Assembly (NCBI GenBank): GCA_043228905.1 | Contig: JBHGNT010000001.1 | Span: forward strand, 25,792,001-25,856,000 | Direction: 5' to 3' | DNA length: 64,000 nucleotides | Source of the DNA: Azolla caroliniana | Lineage: Eukaryota > Plantae > Polypodiophyta | Part shown: one piece after another, positions 47,501 through 62,500 of the stretch | Layout of the letters: each line of letters starts with the position of its first letter | Numbering within the stretch: position 1 is the first letter of the stretch | Made by a program: the position numbers and the translations under genes | The notes under the pieces: generated by a model | Told to the model about the DNA's origin: nothing | Seen by the model: only the letters and a program-made list of their open reading frames with translations | Databases searched by the model: none

Positions 47501-50500
47501 CAAATTCACCACATTTGTAACTAATTATAGTTGGAGGGTGGCAACTCCAGACCTGCACTCTCTTTCATCTTTATTATCTCTCTTTTACATTCTCTCTCTT
47601 CCTAGATTCTTCTCTCTCTAGAATTTGCAACTCTTTAAATGCCTTCTCTCTCTTCCACTTTTTCCAAGATATTCCCTCTTATTCCTAGTTTATTGTACAT
47701 GTTTGGTAGTACAAGAGTCACTTAACTACCAAACAACCATTTCACCCACTTTCCCCAGTTTTGTATAAATAGGCTATACCAGCCTCTTTTGTAAAGACTT
47801 TTATTTTTGCTACTACTTACAAACAAGCTCTACTGTTTGGCTGTGTCTCTACTCTTTGCAACCATTTTTTCTACTGTTTTGTTCTAACAACTCTTCCACT
47901 GCTGCTATTAACAGCTTTTCTCACATGGTATCAGAGCAGTGAGGTCTCCATATCCTCAGCCTGTTTTTTTTGCCAAAGAGCACACATACCTATTTTCTTT
48001 TATCCCTCCCTCCCAACCCTATAGAGGAGGTTCTCTTAGCAGCCACCCTCCCAACCTATAGAGGAGGTTCTTCGTTTTTCTTTTCCCCTCATCTGAGCCT
48101 CGCCTAGCATCTAGGGAGGAGTAGAAAGCCCTGAGCATCTACCTACAGCTGCTGCAAATTGTCTAGTTGTAGCTCAAGTGGAGGATATCCATGGCCTCAC
48201 ATGCCACCATTGTTTCATCCACCATTCCCCAACTCCCGAAAGAGTCCATCTTGGATGGGAACAATTACTTGGATTGGGAATTACAAATAAAGACCTTGCT
48301 ACAGTACCATTGTCTATGGAATGTAGTCAATGGTAGTGACAAGAAACCACCGGTAACTTTATCCTCTTCAACCAAATCAGTTGCTGGCTCATCTAACGCT
48401 GAGATTGATGCTTGGCTAGATAAGGATTCTCATGCTCATGCTTTCCTCATGTTTAATATTAAACCGAGCATGGCTTGTCAATTTCAAGATACAGATGAAG
48501 AGACAGCCAATGAACTATGGGCAGCCATCAAAAAGAGGTATCATCGAGCTAATCATGCCCAAATGATAGCTATTCAGAGCCAACTAGCAAATCTCAAGAT
48601 TCATGACACTCCCAACATCATGGATCAAATAATGCAATTTGTTACTCTCTAAAAGGAACTAGTTTCTTTGGGAAGCAAGTCAACTAAGTTGAGTTTGTGC
48701 ATTGTCTAATGTTAAAGTTGCCAGAGTCATTCTCAGCCTTTTGCGACACAATTTTTCTTCTTCCCAACACACTAAATATGAATACATTTCTTGGCATGCT
48801 ACAAGGCAGGGCAACAAGGAAGAAAAGTGCTCAAACTTCCAATGAGACGCTTCTACATGCGAAAAGTAAAGGCAAGTGGAAGCAAAATGGCAACTCCTAC
48901 AACAAACCCAATCCGAGACCACCAAACAACCCGGCCTTCAAGGAGGTCACCTGACATTATTGTGGTTACAAAGGTCACATTCAGCCCGACTGTGGTTAGT
49001 AGACAGTGGTGCCACTGCACACATGACTTATGACAAATCCATTTTGCATGATGTGAAGCCTAGCTCCTACCAAATCTCCATCGGAGATGCCTCAAGCATT
49101 GAGGCTTCGTTTGTTGGTAATGTGTTTCTGAACACTTCTTCAAATGATGAAGCCGTCGTTCTTCAAGATGTGCTACATGTGCCTCACATCTCTGCCAACC
49201 TACTTTTGGTCTACTGAATCACTAAGCAAGGTTATGGAGTCTACTTTGATAGCTCAGTTCTGGAAGTCATTGACACCAACAACCTACAAATTGTAGCTAG
49301 TGGCACACACGAAGGGGGTTTATATCGCCTGAAAGGTTCTCGTAGCCCCTTGGAAAAATCCAAATCTCATCTTCTTCATCTTCTTCAAGGCTCTCATGCA
49401 TTGGTGGCACAAGAATATCCCACGTTGTGGCATGCTAGGTTTGGTCACCTCAACTACGATTCTCTACAAAAGCTCTCCTCTTCATAGCTAGTTGAGGGTT
49501 TGCCTATTTTCAAAACTCCCAATACCCCATGTGTTGCTTGTCTTCACGGAAAGCAACATCGAGAGCCTTTCCCTCATGAAGCCACTCACTATGCAACATC
49601 TACCTTGGAGTCAGTGCACATGGATCTTTGTGGTTCCATGAAAACCACTACTCTTGGTGGTGCATGCTACTTCATGCTTATCATTGATGTAATATCTTAT
49701 TTGGTCTTATAGGCCATTTTGGCCTCTTAAAAGACGTTAATATATCTTTCTTTCTTTCTTTCTCAAAGACAAAAGCTACAATATACCTAACTTGAGAATC
49801 TCACATGTGCCAAAAACCAGATTCCCTCGTTTCTTCTCTTTTCATCTTATTTACTTTTATATTTACTGTGTAACATTTATTTTATTTTTATTTGTTCTCA
49901 AAGACGAGACAACACTCAAGATGTAATCTCTCTCATTTGGTCTTATAGGCCATTTTGGCCTCTTAAAAGACGTTAATATATCTTTCTTTCTTTCTTCTTT
50001 TTCGTAAGGTTTGGGTTTATTTTCTTGTAGAAAAATCTCAAGCCTTCACCAAATTTCAAGAATGGGTAGCTCTTGTGGAGAACACGACAACAAAGAAAGT
50101 TCGAAAGATCAAGTCCGACAATGGTGGAGAGTTTATCTCCCAAGCTTTCCACCATTTTTTCTCTCAACGAGGCATTGCTCGCCAATTTCTACACCCAATA
50201 CTCCTCAACAAAATGGAGTTGTGGAAAGGAAGAACCGGATAGTTCAAGAGATGTCTCATACAATGCTATCTCAATATGATCTTCCTCTCTTGTTTTGGGG
50301 TGAAGTTGTCAACACAGCAGTCTACATCATCAACTGCTGCCCAACAAAAGCAGTTCCTGCAATGACCCCTGCGGAAGCATTTATAGGTGTAAAGCCCTTA
50401 GTATCTCATTTTAAAGTCTTTGGTTGTGATGCTTATGTTCACATTTCAGATCATAAAAGGACTAAATTTGAGTCCAAAACCAAGAAATGCAAATTTCTTA

Positions 50501-53500
50501 GTTACAACACACAATCTAAAGCCTACAGGTTATGGGATTTAGAATCAAAGTCCCTAGTCATCTCTAGGGATGTTCATTTTGTGGAGTCTAAACCGGATGA
50601 CAGTAGGATTTCACATGAGTTCACGGTTGAAATTCTAGCTCCTCCGGAATCTCCTATTTTACAAGATGTCTCACCTTCAAGGCCCCCATCTCCTCCTACT
50701 CAACCCCTAACTTCACCAACAATTCAAACCTCTCCCTCAACTCCACTCGTTTCCCCTCCCTCTACACACCAGTTTCCACCACTTCCCCCAAGTGGCTTCA
50801 AGCCACATTTCGTGATTCTCATCTCTCCGATGCTGAACATCATGAGTATACATCTGGTTCTCCAACCAACATGAAAAGAACACGTAGGTCACAACGGCCT
50901 CTTCACTCATGCAACTTTGCCTTACTGTGCACTGTTGTGCAATCACAAGAATCCACAACAGCAAAAGAGACCCTTGTTCTTCCAAAGTGGAAAGCAGCAA
51001 TGGAAGTTGAACTTGATTCCATTGAGCAGAATCATACATGGGAGTTGGTCCCATGGCCTCAACATCGACAATTCATTGGACTGAAATGGATTTTCAAGAC
51101 CAAGTACCATGTTGATGGTACTTTGGATAAGCACAAGGCACGTTTAGTTGCAAAAGGTTGCTCACAAGTGGAAGGAGTGGATTACGAGGAAACATTTGCT
51201 CCAACAACAAGGTACACCTCTATTCGATGTGTGCTTGCGCTTGCTGCTCACCACAAATGGCCCATCTTTCAAATGGATGTCAAGTCAGCCTTCCTTAATG
51301 GTGACTTGAAAGAGGAAGTTTATGTTGAACAACCTCCAGGTTTTGAGATTTCAAATCGGGAAAACATGGTCTACAGGTTACACAAAGCCTTGTATGGATT
51401 AAAGCAAGCTCCGAAAGCTTGGCATGACAAAATTGATACCTTCTTTCTCTCACTTGGGTTTACGCATTGTTATGCTGACAACAATCTCTATGTCTTTTCC
51501 CAAGAAAATCTGCTATGCTTGATCATATTATATGTTGATGACCTTCTAATTACAGGGTCCCTTGTTTCTAAAATCGAGGAGATTCGTGCTGACCTCAAAA
51601 CCACATTCGAAATGACTGATCTAGGACTTCTCCATTGCTTCATAGGTATGGAGGTCTATCAATCAAATGGTGGTATCTTCCTCAGCCAACATAGGTATCT
51701 CAGCCAGCTCCTTCAGACCTATGGCATGTCAAATTGCAGGCCACTCTCTTGTTCGATGGATCCTAACTCAAAGCTATCTCGTGAAGATGATTCTCCCATA
51801 TTTGAAGATATCACCAAATATAGAAAGTTAATTGGGTCTCTTCTTCACTTACACCAGGCCTGATTTGTCCTATAATGTGAGTATTCTCAACCAATTCTCA
51901 AGTGCTCCGAAACAAAGTCATTGGCAAGCAGCAATACGAGTTCTTAGGTACTTGGCCAACACACTCGACTATGGTCTGTCTTTTAGAAGTGGCATTGAGT
52001 TTGTTGGCTACTCGGATGCTAATTGGGCAGGTGATATTGATTCTAGAAGGTCCACATTTGGCTATTGTTTTATGTTAGGTTCATGCTTGATTTCTTGGAA
52101 ATCAAAGAAGCAAATTTCAGTTTCTACTTCATCAACAAAAGCTGAATATTGAGCCTACTTGGATACTTTTTGTGAATTGCTATGGTTAATGCAATTATTT
52201 TATCACATTGGTGTTTTGCAAGACTCTCCTATAACAGTTTTCATTGATAACCAAAGTGCTTGTGCCTTGGCACATAGCTCGACATTTCATGGTAGAACAG
52301 AACATATTGAAGTGCACTACCATTTAGTTCGTGAATTAGTGAAATCACTAGTCATCAACTTAGCATATCGTCCTACTCAAGAAAATGTGACTGATTTATT
52401 TACTAAGCCCCTTCCAAGGCAAGCCATTGATCAGCTCTTTGGTCGACTCAATGTTGGACTGCCGTTCTAGAGCTGAGAGGAGGTGTTGAAGGGTGGCAGA
52501 TCCAGATCTACACTCTCTTTCATCTTTATTATCTCTTTTTTACATTCTCTCTCTTCCTAGATTCTTCTCTCTCTAGAATTTGCAAGTCTTTAAATGCCTT
52601 CTCTCTCTAAAATTTGCAACGCTTTAAATGCCTTCACTCTCTTCCACTTTTTCCAAGATATTCCCTCTTATTCCTAGTTTATTGTACCTGTTTGGTAGTA
52701 CAAGAGTCATGTAACTACCAAACAACCATTTCACCCGCTTTCCCCAGTTTTATATAAATAGGCTATACCAGCCTCTTTTGTAAAGACTTTTATTTTGCTG
52801 CTACTTACAAACAAGCTCTACTGTTTGGCTGTGTCTACTCTTTGCAACCATTTTTTCTACTGCTGTCTAACAGCCTTCTCACAGCTTGGCTGTGTCTATT
52901 TTGTTCTAACAACTGTTCTGCTGCTGCTATTAACAGCTTTTCTCACAATTATTTTGAATTGGGCTGTCTTTTAGGGGCTAACAACTGGTAGTCTTCCTAC
53001 CTTCATTGATGTTGGGAACAGCTTTGGGGCGGCAGCTATTGTGGAGGACAACATCATTAACCAGGTTTCTTGATATTATTTTATTTAGTCTTTATTTTAC
53101 TTGAACAGCTTTAGGGTGGCTGCTATTGTGGAGAACAGCATTATTCACCAGGTTTTGTGATGTTAATTTGTATTTTTTCAGCTTTCTAGCAATGGAAAAA
53201 GAATCATCATGATGGGGGATGATACATGGCTGCAGTTGTTTCCAACAGAATTTACAAAAACATATCCCTTTCCCTCATTCAATGTCAAAGATTTAGACAC
53301 TGTAATGACATTCTCAACCTCTACAGGATGCTTTTTATCTCTATTGCTATATTTATGTGAAAGTAAAAGTTGCCCAAATATGTTGGTGATGTATTGAAAT
53401 GATTGCTTGCAATATGTGAAGTGTAAACAGCAACATGGCATTACAACATATTAAAATCCAGGACAAATAGCTTATGAACACAGCCAAATTTCTTGTGTTT

Positions 53501-56500
53501 GTAGGGTTTAAAAGTCAACTGAACTAGAAAATTTCAAAACTATAAAATTCTTAAAAACCTGAAGTAGCTGCTCTGGTTTTGAGTTTCTCTTAAAAAGACA
53601 CAACTCATATCAATGCTTGATGTGAAAACAGGTGGACGATGGTGTGGTAGAGCATTTGTTTCCTGCATTATATGAAGACAGCTGGGATGTGCTCATAGGA
53701 CACTTCCTAGGAGTGGTGTATTTTTTCTCTAAATCCATTCACATATATTGTTTTTGTGTAAGGCAAAAGAATGTATGCATACTGAACAGAGTGATATTCA
53801 GGATCATGCGGGCCACATTTTTGGAGTGGAATCATCACACATGGTTGATAAGTTGGAGCAGTACAACAAAGTTCTGGAGGTTTTATTGCTGCTATATGTC
53901 AACTTGAGTTCTGGATGTAATTGTTCGCAAATGGTTTTGACCTTTATAATTGCTCCATATTTCTTGCAGGATGTTATATCTGTACTTCAGAATCATTCGT
54001 TTCCAGGTGGGCTCCATGAAGACACATTGCTTCTGGTAATGGGTGATCATGGCCAGACATTGAATGGAGATCATGGTGGTGGAACAGCAGAAGAGGTAGA
54101 TCATATTTTAATATTTATTTATTCATGTAAATGTCAAACTATTATATACGAAACATGCCTGTATGTTTCATTTTGTACTCTTTGCAATTTAATTTATTCC
54201 TCTACTTTTCAGAATCATTCAAACAAGAGTTACTTCTGGTTGAAGTTTTCCAATTCGCTGATTTTTGTTCGATATGAATTTTATTAGGTGGAGACAGCAT
54301 TGTTTGCATGGAGTACAAGATTTCCAGTTCATTCTTCTCTACAAATTTGTCCATGCACTGTAGATTTGGTAAGTAAGGTATTGTGGAGTAGTTTATAGTT
54401 GAATCACACATTTAAATTCATCATAACTTGTAGATCTATTTCTTGCGTTGAATTTTTTCTTTTTGTTTTGAGGTCAGAACTAATAAAAATAAACAAAGGC
54501 ATTTACAAAATGAGTATATGCCTTAAGACCCACGTTTTAATGAAACTTGTAAAATGTTTTGTAATGTAGCAAAACCCATCATTAAGTAATTTCTATCAGA
54601 ATGTACAATATACATAAGAGAGCAATATTTCTTGAGGCACTAACCAAACTGTCAAAGTTCATCCATATGAGGTATACTTTCTATTTCACAATGGCATTCA
54701 GGAGATCAAGACATGATTAAAGCCAAAAGAAGCTGGAGACAAAGAAGTGTTACGTGGACACTCATTGAGTCTTTAGAGAATTTTAGTTACCAATTTCCAC
54801 CTCTATAAACAGGGGTGCTTAAATCTCCCTCTACTGAACATATATGCATATAGAGAAATCTTCATCACGGACAGAGTGTAAAGGTACAATGGTTCTTTAC
54901 AGAGACAAAATACATCTTTCTACTTAGGAACCTCTTCAGACATCCCAATGATAGTTCAAATATTTCTCTGCTGATAGAGCCATCCAGTTTAGATGCTCTA
55001 CACGTCCACTGACATAAGAATTTTCTCACAGGAGGTGTGGTACAGAGAGTATGTGACATCATTGATCACCATGAGAGACCCTCAGGAGGGGCAGAGTGTG
55101 GGGGGTGCAATGGTCTTTTACAGAGATAACATACATGTTACTACTTAGGCTCTTCGTCAAAGATCCTAGTGACAGGATACCATTTTCCTCTTGATAAGGC
55201 CCTCCAGTTTGGGCGCCCTAAACTTACAGGGACATGAGTCTTCATACAGGTGTGATCTACTTCATGTTGGTGGTGACATTCCCAGAACAAACTTCTATCT
55301 TCCACGCTCTCTACATTTACTTCGTTTCAGTTGACCTTTTGAATCTGCCATTTCTTCATTACAGAATTACGACATTGTTCATTTCCCTTCACATTCATAT
55401 TTCTTTGTTTGATTTTCTAGTTGTGGTACATGTTTTTGTGTACAGTGGCATCTCTCTCTCTCTTACACACACATTATAATTGCTCTCAATTTAATGTTCT
55501 AGCTCTTTGCTGTTTTTGATGGATTTCATTACTTTGCAGGGAAAGGAGAACAATTCATGCATATGTGACTTTCAACAGGTTGGTAAGTTTTTATTTATTT
55601 GTGGGTATATGTATTTACTGTGGAATGAAGATGTTGTGACAAATTACATATTTTTGTAGCTTGATTTTGCTGCAACATTAGCTGCTATTGTGGGAGTACC
55701 ACTTCCCTTCGGGAGGTAGTTATTTTTCTATGCCTGATTAACTTGATGACCTGTAATTCTAAAACCTGCATTAATTCATATTCATGTATTATAAAAATGT
55801 AGTTCAATTATATAATACCATGTTTTTGATTAAAATGTTGTTGCTAGCTTATAAAGATGCCGACTGCTAATAATCAGTCTAGATACATTGGCTTAAAGAT
55901 TAAGCATTGAGATCCTACTTTCCCATTTTCTTAAATACGCTTTCATCTGGAATGCATCAACAAGCTTTCAATTATCAACAACTCTTATTCTCTGTTGTTT
56001 GTTTGGTTAAAAGTAAAATGTTAACTGCATGGCTGACTGAGTTATTTACTTCAAAAATGTAGCATCGGACGCATCAATCCACAGTTATTGAGTTTGCTAG
56101 GTGGATCATGGCCAACTCGTACTGTTCAATCTTCTATGAAAGAGGAAGATGGATGGCTTAAGTTAAAGTGGTTGGAGGGTTACCATCAGCTACTACGTCT
56201 TAACGGCTGGCAGGTTTCGTTCTTTTTGAGACATTCACAATGTTCATTTAACAGATGATTGAAGTTTTTTTATTGTGTCTATTTAATTTTTAGACATTTG
56301 TAAATATTGAAATGCTAAAATATTCAAACTGCTTGCACAAAAAAAAAGCTCAGAGGCGCGTCTAACATTTCGTTACAGCCTTCAATAATTGAAGGACAAA
56401 AATAATAAATCTATATGACCTAGAAAATTAGTCTTCTGGGTACAAAAGGAAACAAAGGTATTTTTGTTATTCTAAGCAGATCCATTCAAGTTCTTCAACA

Positions 56501-59500
56501 TGGTCCAAAAACGTGTCAGAAATGCATTTGAATGACTAGAATGGGTGCACAATAACCATCCCTGAAATGATGAGAGGAGGCTCAGGCAAGGAAACAAGTT
56601 AGGGGATGATAAAATGGAAAGCTCAAATATTTCTGTATCTCATGTCTATGAGCTGCAAAAAGCTTTAACATATTAAGCATAAGATTCCTTCCATCATCTC
56701 AAAGGCCCCATCTGAATTGATGTTGAAATAGTATATGTGAGCATGTCTCAAGTATAGGTTTGAACCATAGATGGTTGGGAAACTCCTGGAGATGTAAAAA
56801 ATAGAATGCACTGTTGCATTGTGAATCTTTGTGATTGTAAAAATCCACTGTTTCATGCGTGCGCCAAGCATAGACATCCAATATCACTATGTGTGCAATT
56901 TTGATTAAGGACCGCACAGTTTAATGGTTGTCTGATAGTCCAACATTCATTTTTAATGTGAATATTGGAAAGATCTGCTTCAGACAACTTCCAAAGACTT
57001 AAATTGGGCCTAGAAGGGAGTCTTGTCTTTGGGTGTGTCTTGAGAAGGGGTGCTATGTTTTGTTAAGACTCCAGCCTCTTTAGGTACCACCAATGCTCCA
57101 TGATGTCAAAGTTGAAAGCTTCCATTAGGAGAAGACATTTGAGACCTAGAAATCTGTTAGATCTGGAGTTGGACGTCATGTAAGGTCTAATTTGTGATAC
57201 TTGATGGTTGAAAGATGATCTATGTGAGTTGAGGATTTCTGTTGGGAAGTGCAACTAAGTTGATGGAACATTGAGACCCCAATTTGGAAAATTGGATATT
57301 TTACCCAACCAAAAAAACATTCTGAGGTCCGTTTTACAATAATATAAAATGTATAAATATAAAGAAGCAATTGATATTCCAATTTTAATCTAAAGGTAGA
57401 GTTCGTCACCTAGCCATCCAAATTTAGTGCTGTATATATCTCATTAGTAAGGCAAAAACCTTCACTCAAAATTTTTGTGCTCTCTTACTATCACGTTTTC
57501 TTTACTGTGAGTTATGTGTACACGTTTGCGGTTGGAATTGAATTATTTTCATTTGGAATTATTTGAGATGAGCTTTGAAAGAAAGTTTTCATAGCACCAT
57601 ATGCTAAGATGACAGATGAGGAAACCCAGTTATGGATATGGGCATGTACCCTTCACAGATTCATCAAATCATTTTCATTTGGAATTACATCAGAAAAGTT
57701 TTGAGCTATGCCATAGTATCATATTGTAAGTTGACAGATGAGGAAACCTGATTATGGACTGGCATTAGGGGACAGAATATCTGGCATTAGTGGAGATAAC
57801 TGCAGACAGCGTTGCTTGGCATTTCCTCCTTGGGATGAATAGATTGAGAATCCTGTAGTGATCATAAATCAGTGGTGACACCAAACAAGTTGAGATAGCA
57901 GAAGGAGCCCATTTATGTACAAGAGTTGGCAATGCTTTTGGGCCTTAAAGTTGTGTATAAGGTTCAAATAAAGTTTATGTCCTATAATAGTGCCCTAGTA
58001 CCATAGATTTTCATTCCCTTGTTTATGAAACCATATTGCTAGCTTCATCTATCATTCAGGGTTTATATGCAGTCTTTTAAGCCCAAGTCTGCTTTCAACA
58101 ATTCCCATCCTTGAGCCCTCATAATTCTGTAAATGAACCGGTCTACAGTTAACCCTAGGCACATGCTATGATTCTTAACTCTCAGAAACATGCTGTCATC
58201 ATAGTATAACTTGTGATGTAACTATATAATGCATAAAACTGAGAGTTATCATCAGGACACGATGGTAAATTTGATATGTTTATATGGAAAGAAACCTCGG
58301 AATCAGGCAGGTGCCATTTGACCACATCTGATCCTGTAGAGTCTCCAGATCTGTTTCCTCTACCATTTGCATATGTTTCTGTGATTGATATGTACTTTAT
58401 TAACACGAACTCTCCTAAGGTTTCCTTGTCTCCTGATGATTTAACGTACATTAATTTTTTTTCTAGACAAGACATTTAAAGAAATTCAGAAAATTCAGAA
58501 AATTCAGTTGTTGGTTTGTTTCTTAGGTGAATCGTTACTTTGAGCAATATGCAGAATCAGTTATGAATGGGTTCTCAACAAGTGATCTCCGCAAGCTACA
58601 GATGTTGTATTCCCAAGCTCAGTCAGCTCTACCACAGTTTTCGAATGTCCAGGAGCCTGGTAAAGATTTGAATGAAGCTATGGTTATGCTCTCTGATGCA
58701 GTTGGGAAGTACACTAAGTACCTAGATGCTAGTGCATCACTTGCACGATCCAAGTGGACCCAATTCTCAGATGACATGATGGGATTAGGCCTAGTGATAC
58801 TTTTCATTGCTGTGATTATCCAAATTAATGCAGTGTATAAAACTGGGGGAGTCGACTCTAATATAAATTTTGAAGATTGCAATAAAATATTTCCTCTTCA
58901 TGAGATGCTCAAAGGAAGCATTGTGTTTGGCATATCCTTTGGCATCTTTGCAGTTTTATCCTCAATAATGATATCATCTCTATCCCAAGCATCTACATCC
59001 CTATCATGGAATCAAACAATAATGACCATCATTGGAGGAGCAATCTTTGGCTCGGCAAAATCATTAGTATTTCCTGGAAAGATAATTGCACAGGAGAATG
59101 ATTGTAAGAAGATAACAGGAATGCAGACTTTCATTAACCTGGCTATATCAGATCCCCAAGGAGCTGTAGTAATTCTCTTTTGTGTGATGTATGCCTGCAG
59201 CTTGCTTTCAAACAGTTATATATGTAAGCTTGAATCTGCACGGTCTTAAGCGTTATTTTCTTTGCTATATCAAGAGTAATGAGCAAATATTCTGATAATG
59301 TGCGTTTATTTTCCTTATTCTGATAATGAGCATTTTTTTGTAGTGAAAGAGCAGCAGGTAGTTACATTTTTCTTAGTCTCTTCTGGATTTCACAGTTTAA
59401 GACATGCGATACAGAAAAAGTCGAAAGCTCCACAGGTAAAATTGACACGTCCCGATTGACTAACCCATTGATGCTGTTGATATATGATGGATACTATCTA

Positions 59501-62500
59501 TACCTCTCCTTTATTAGGCACACATTGATCTTTGTATCAAGCATTGTGGCTATAGGTTGTAAACCTGTATACTAGACAGATTTCCTAGGAAGAGGTACCT
59601 TGGAGGAGATCTTGAGGTCTACATGGTGTACATTTCAATATTTCACCTTTTTTACTCCACAAAAGATGAGAAATGCCATTGATAGGTTACAATTTGGAAA
59701 GACCCAAGGTCATGATGGCTTGTTTGCTGAACTTTTATTTGTCTGTGACACGTTGCCCCCTCTTCTTTCATAGAGCTATGTGTGAAGGTTTCCCCAGTAG
59801 ATGGACAGAAAATAGTATTGTACTGATCTTCAAGTGCGGAGATCCCATGATACCTAGCAATTATAGTTTAGCAATACTTGGCTAAACTATATAGTTCAAT
59901 CCCAAAGTCAGAATTGAATGTATGGGCAGAGAGAAATGACTCTTGCGCAGCTGGACAGACAGTTTTCTGAAAGGGGCTCTCAATGTCAGATAACAAATTG
60001 ACCCTTTGAGTCCTTATTCAGGAGGGAAGAGCGCATAAAAGGAGAATCTGCTGTTGCTTTGTGGGATTCTGGAAAGCTTTCGACATTGGACTGTGCAATT
60101 AGTTCATGTAAGGACTAGAAGCCCATGGAGTCCCTATAGATATGCAATAAGTACTATATGAATCAGTGTCAACAAAAAGTCTGCTCTCCTATTGGGTCAT
60201 TAGAGGCCGTGGCTAACATGAGTTGTTAAAGTGGGGTCTCTATCACAACACTTGAAATGGGTCACAATAGATCAGGAATAGTAATGTGTCATGCCCGTTG
60301 GCCACAACCATCTGTGCCACAGTCCTTATTTCCATATGATCGAAAAATAAAGGCCATTATCACCCAGTACTGAAAGTACTTCTTTCGCTTCGGAGATCTC
60401 TCTGTTTTGGAGCGTTCCATGTCAAACATTTTTTAAAGGCAGAAGTTTGGTCATCTAAGTTCAGAATCTATAGGCCATTTTGGCCTCTTGAAGGATGTTA
60501 ATATAGCTTTATTTCTTTTCTTTCTTTTTTTCATCTACTGCTGATACAAGTGATTCGCTTTATGCATTGGTTGTTTTTAGTAAGATATTTCTTTGGCATG
60601 ATATCTGATTATTTTTGTAAGTGCAGGTCATGTGCTTTCTCGCAATGAATTTTCTTATGGGGCGCTTTGGTTCTAACACTGTTTTCAAGGATGTGGAATT
60701 TCAAACAAATGAAACAGTATCATACTTGACCATGTCAGCTGTTATTGAGCAATCTGTTGTCATCTGCTTCACTCTGTACTTGCCATTGCTTGTCTTGGGC
60801 TTTTACACTGTTAAAAAGCTGTGGAGCTCTTGTTTTCTGCAAAGTAGTTCTTCTTGGGTCGTGTTCTTTGGTGTACCCCTATCATATATAGCCTTAATGC
60901 TTCATTGGTTAGTTGGTGACCTTGTCAAGCTGCATTTGCTTTTCATTCCTGAAACTGCCAAAGAACTTGTGAGGTTGCGGCTACCTCAAATAGTTTATTA
61001 CATTGTAGCTCTTCAGACTTTGTTGTTGGTTTATGAGATCAAAGACATTGAGCACAAGAATACGAAAGTTCGGCTGAAAAATCTTCTTGAAGATGCTGCC
61101 ATGTTGTGTATTGCTATATGGGGCAGTCTGATATTACTGCTGCTTGGGAGGCAGGGACCCCTTATCACTTTGATTGCTGCTATAGAAGGTAGACAAATCG
61201 GTTTCTACAGTTTTGACTCTTAATATATTCATGATTGTTCCATTTAAGTTGAACCAGGCCTCAAGATTTCATTATTTTCCCATCTTAACTTGGGTCAGTG
61301 GGTATTTATGCGTCAGTAGAGGATATGTATAAAATGGTCAGCCATGCTGAACGAAGTCTAGGATTTTTTTTGAATACATATGATGGGATCTTCTATTCTC
61401 ATGTGCATATAAAAGCTTTAGGAATGATGGTGGAATATTCTGTTTTCATCACTGCAAATGTCAGCGTTCCAAACTTCATTGAATTTTTTTTATAAATATT
61501 ATACACATTCTTAATGTGAATTTCACAGTTATACAAGGTGTTGGTTGAAGCTTCATATACCAGAATCTTATGTCTCTTTTCTAGGTTGGTCTCTTATGAA
61601 CATGCAATTTCCATGTTCATCTCCATTGAAAGTACCTGCTGTGGATGGAGTATACAGTGTCCCAGATTACTCTTTTGCAAATTTTCAGTGGAGTCTTTTT
61701 GCAGTACAGATATTCTTTTCAACGGGTCATAGGTAACTGTGCATCAATACACTTCATATTTTAGGATGCAATTTGAAAATTCCCCATGAATTCAATTGTT
61801 CTATGATTACTGCTCGTTCCATAGATGTGCTTTTGATGGACTACGATATGCTGCTGCCTTTGTAGGGTAAGGATGTTATTTTTTGGGTGCATGTATAGAA
61901 CCATGTATTTTCACTGATTAATTTATCTTCATGCTACAGATTTGATCAATTCAACGTATATCGTCAGGGAATTCTTCTTGGGATTGATACATTTGGAGCT
62001 TCTCATATACTCCCCGTGGTTGGACTAGCAGTGCTGGTTGCAAAGAGAAATTCAGGGACTGGAATGTTTTCCTCCAATGCATTTTATAGGTCACAGTTTT
62101 TTCAGGTTCTTACACTGCCATTTTTTGTATTATAGTAAGCTATAATCCATGATTATTTACTCTTGCTCATGCTAGTTATACAAGGTGGCATTTTTTGTAT
62201 TATAGTATGCTGTAAGCTGTCATTATTGTACTCTTAGTCAAGCCAGTTATACGAGGTCAAATTAACACTTTGTACACGAAGGTAGATACATTATTAGTGA
62301 AAGAGGTAAATCTTGACCAGAAATAAACTAGAAATCAATAGTTTCTGTTCCAACTTCTAGCCATATGAATGTTTACAAAGTGCATGATTGAAAGTTTTTA
62401 AACAATCAGGTCTTAGTTTTCAATCCATCTTTGTCCCAAATTTCTGGCAACTAATTGGGATGTTCCAGATATAAGATGATCCTCTAGATTCAAATACAGC

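Noticed and set aside
49690-49998. TRIM (miniature LTR element)
   Set aside because: No CA end, PBS, PPT or TSD; microsatellite tail shared with LINE remnants.
53748-54287. 179-aa ORF as a separate gene
   Set aside because: It is PIG-O exons 7-8 read through in-frame intron sequence.
56665-57409. Possible L1 RNase H remnant (FNINSDGA) in PIG-O intron 12
   Set aside because: Single short motif; insufficient support without an HMM search.
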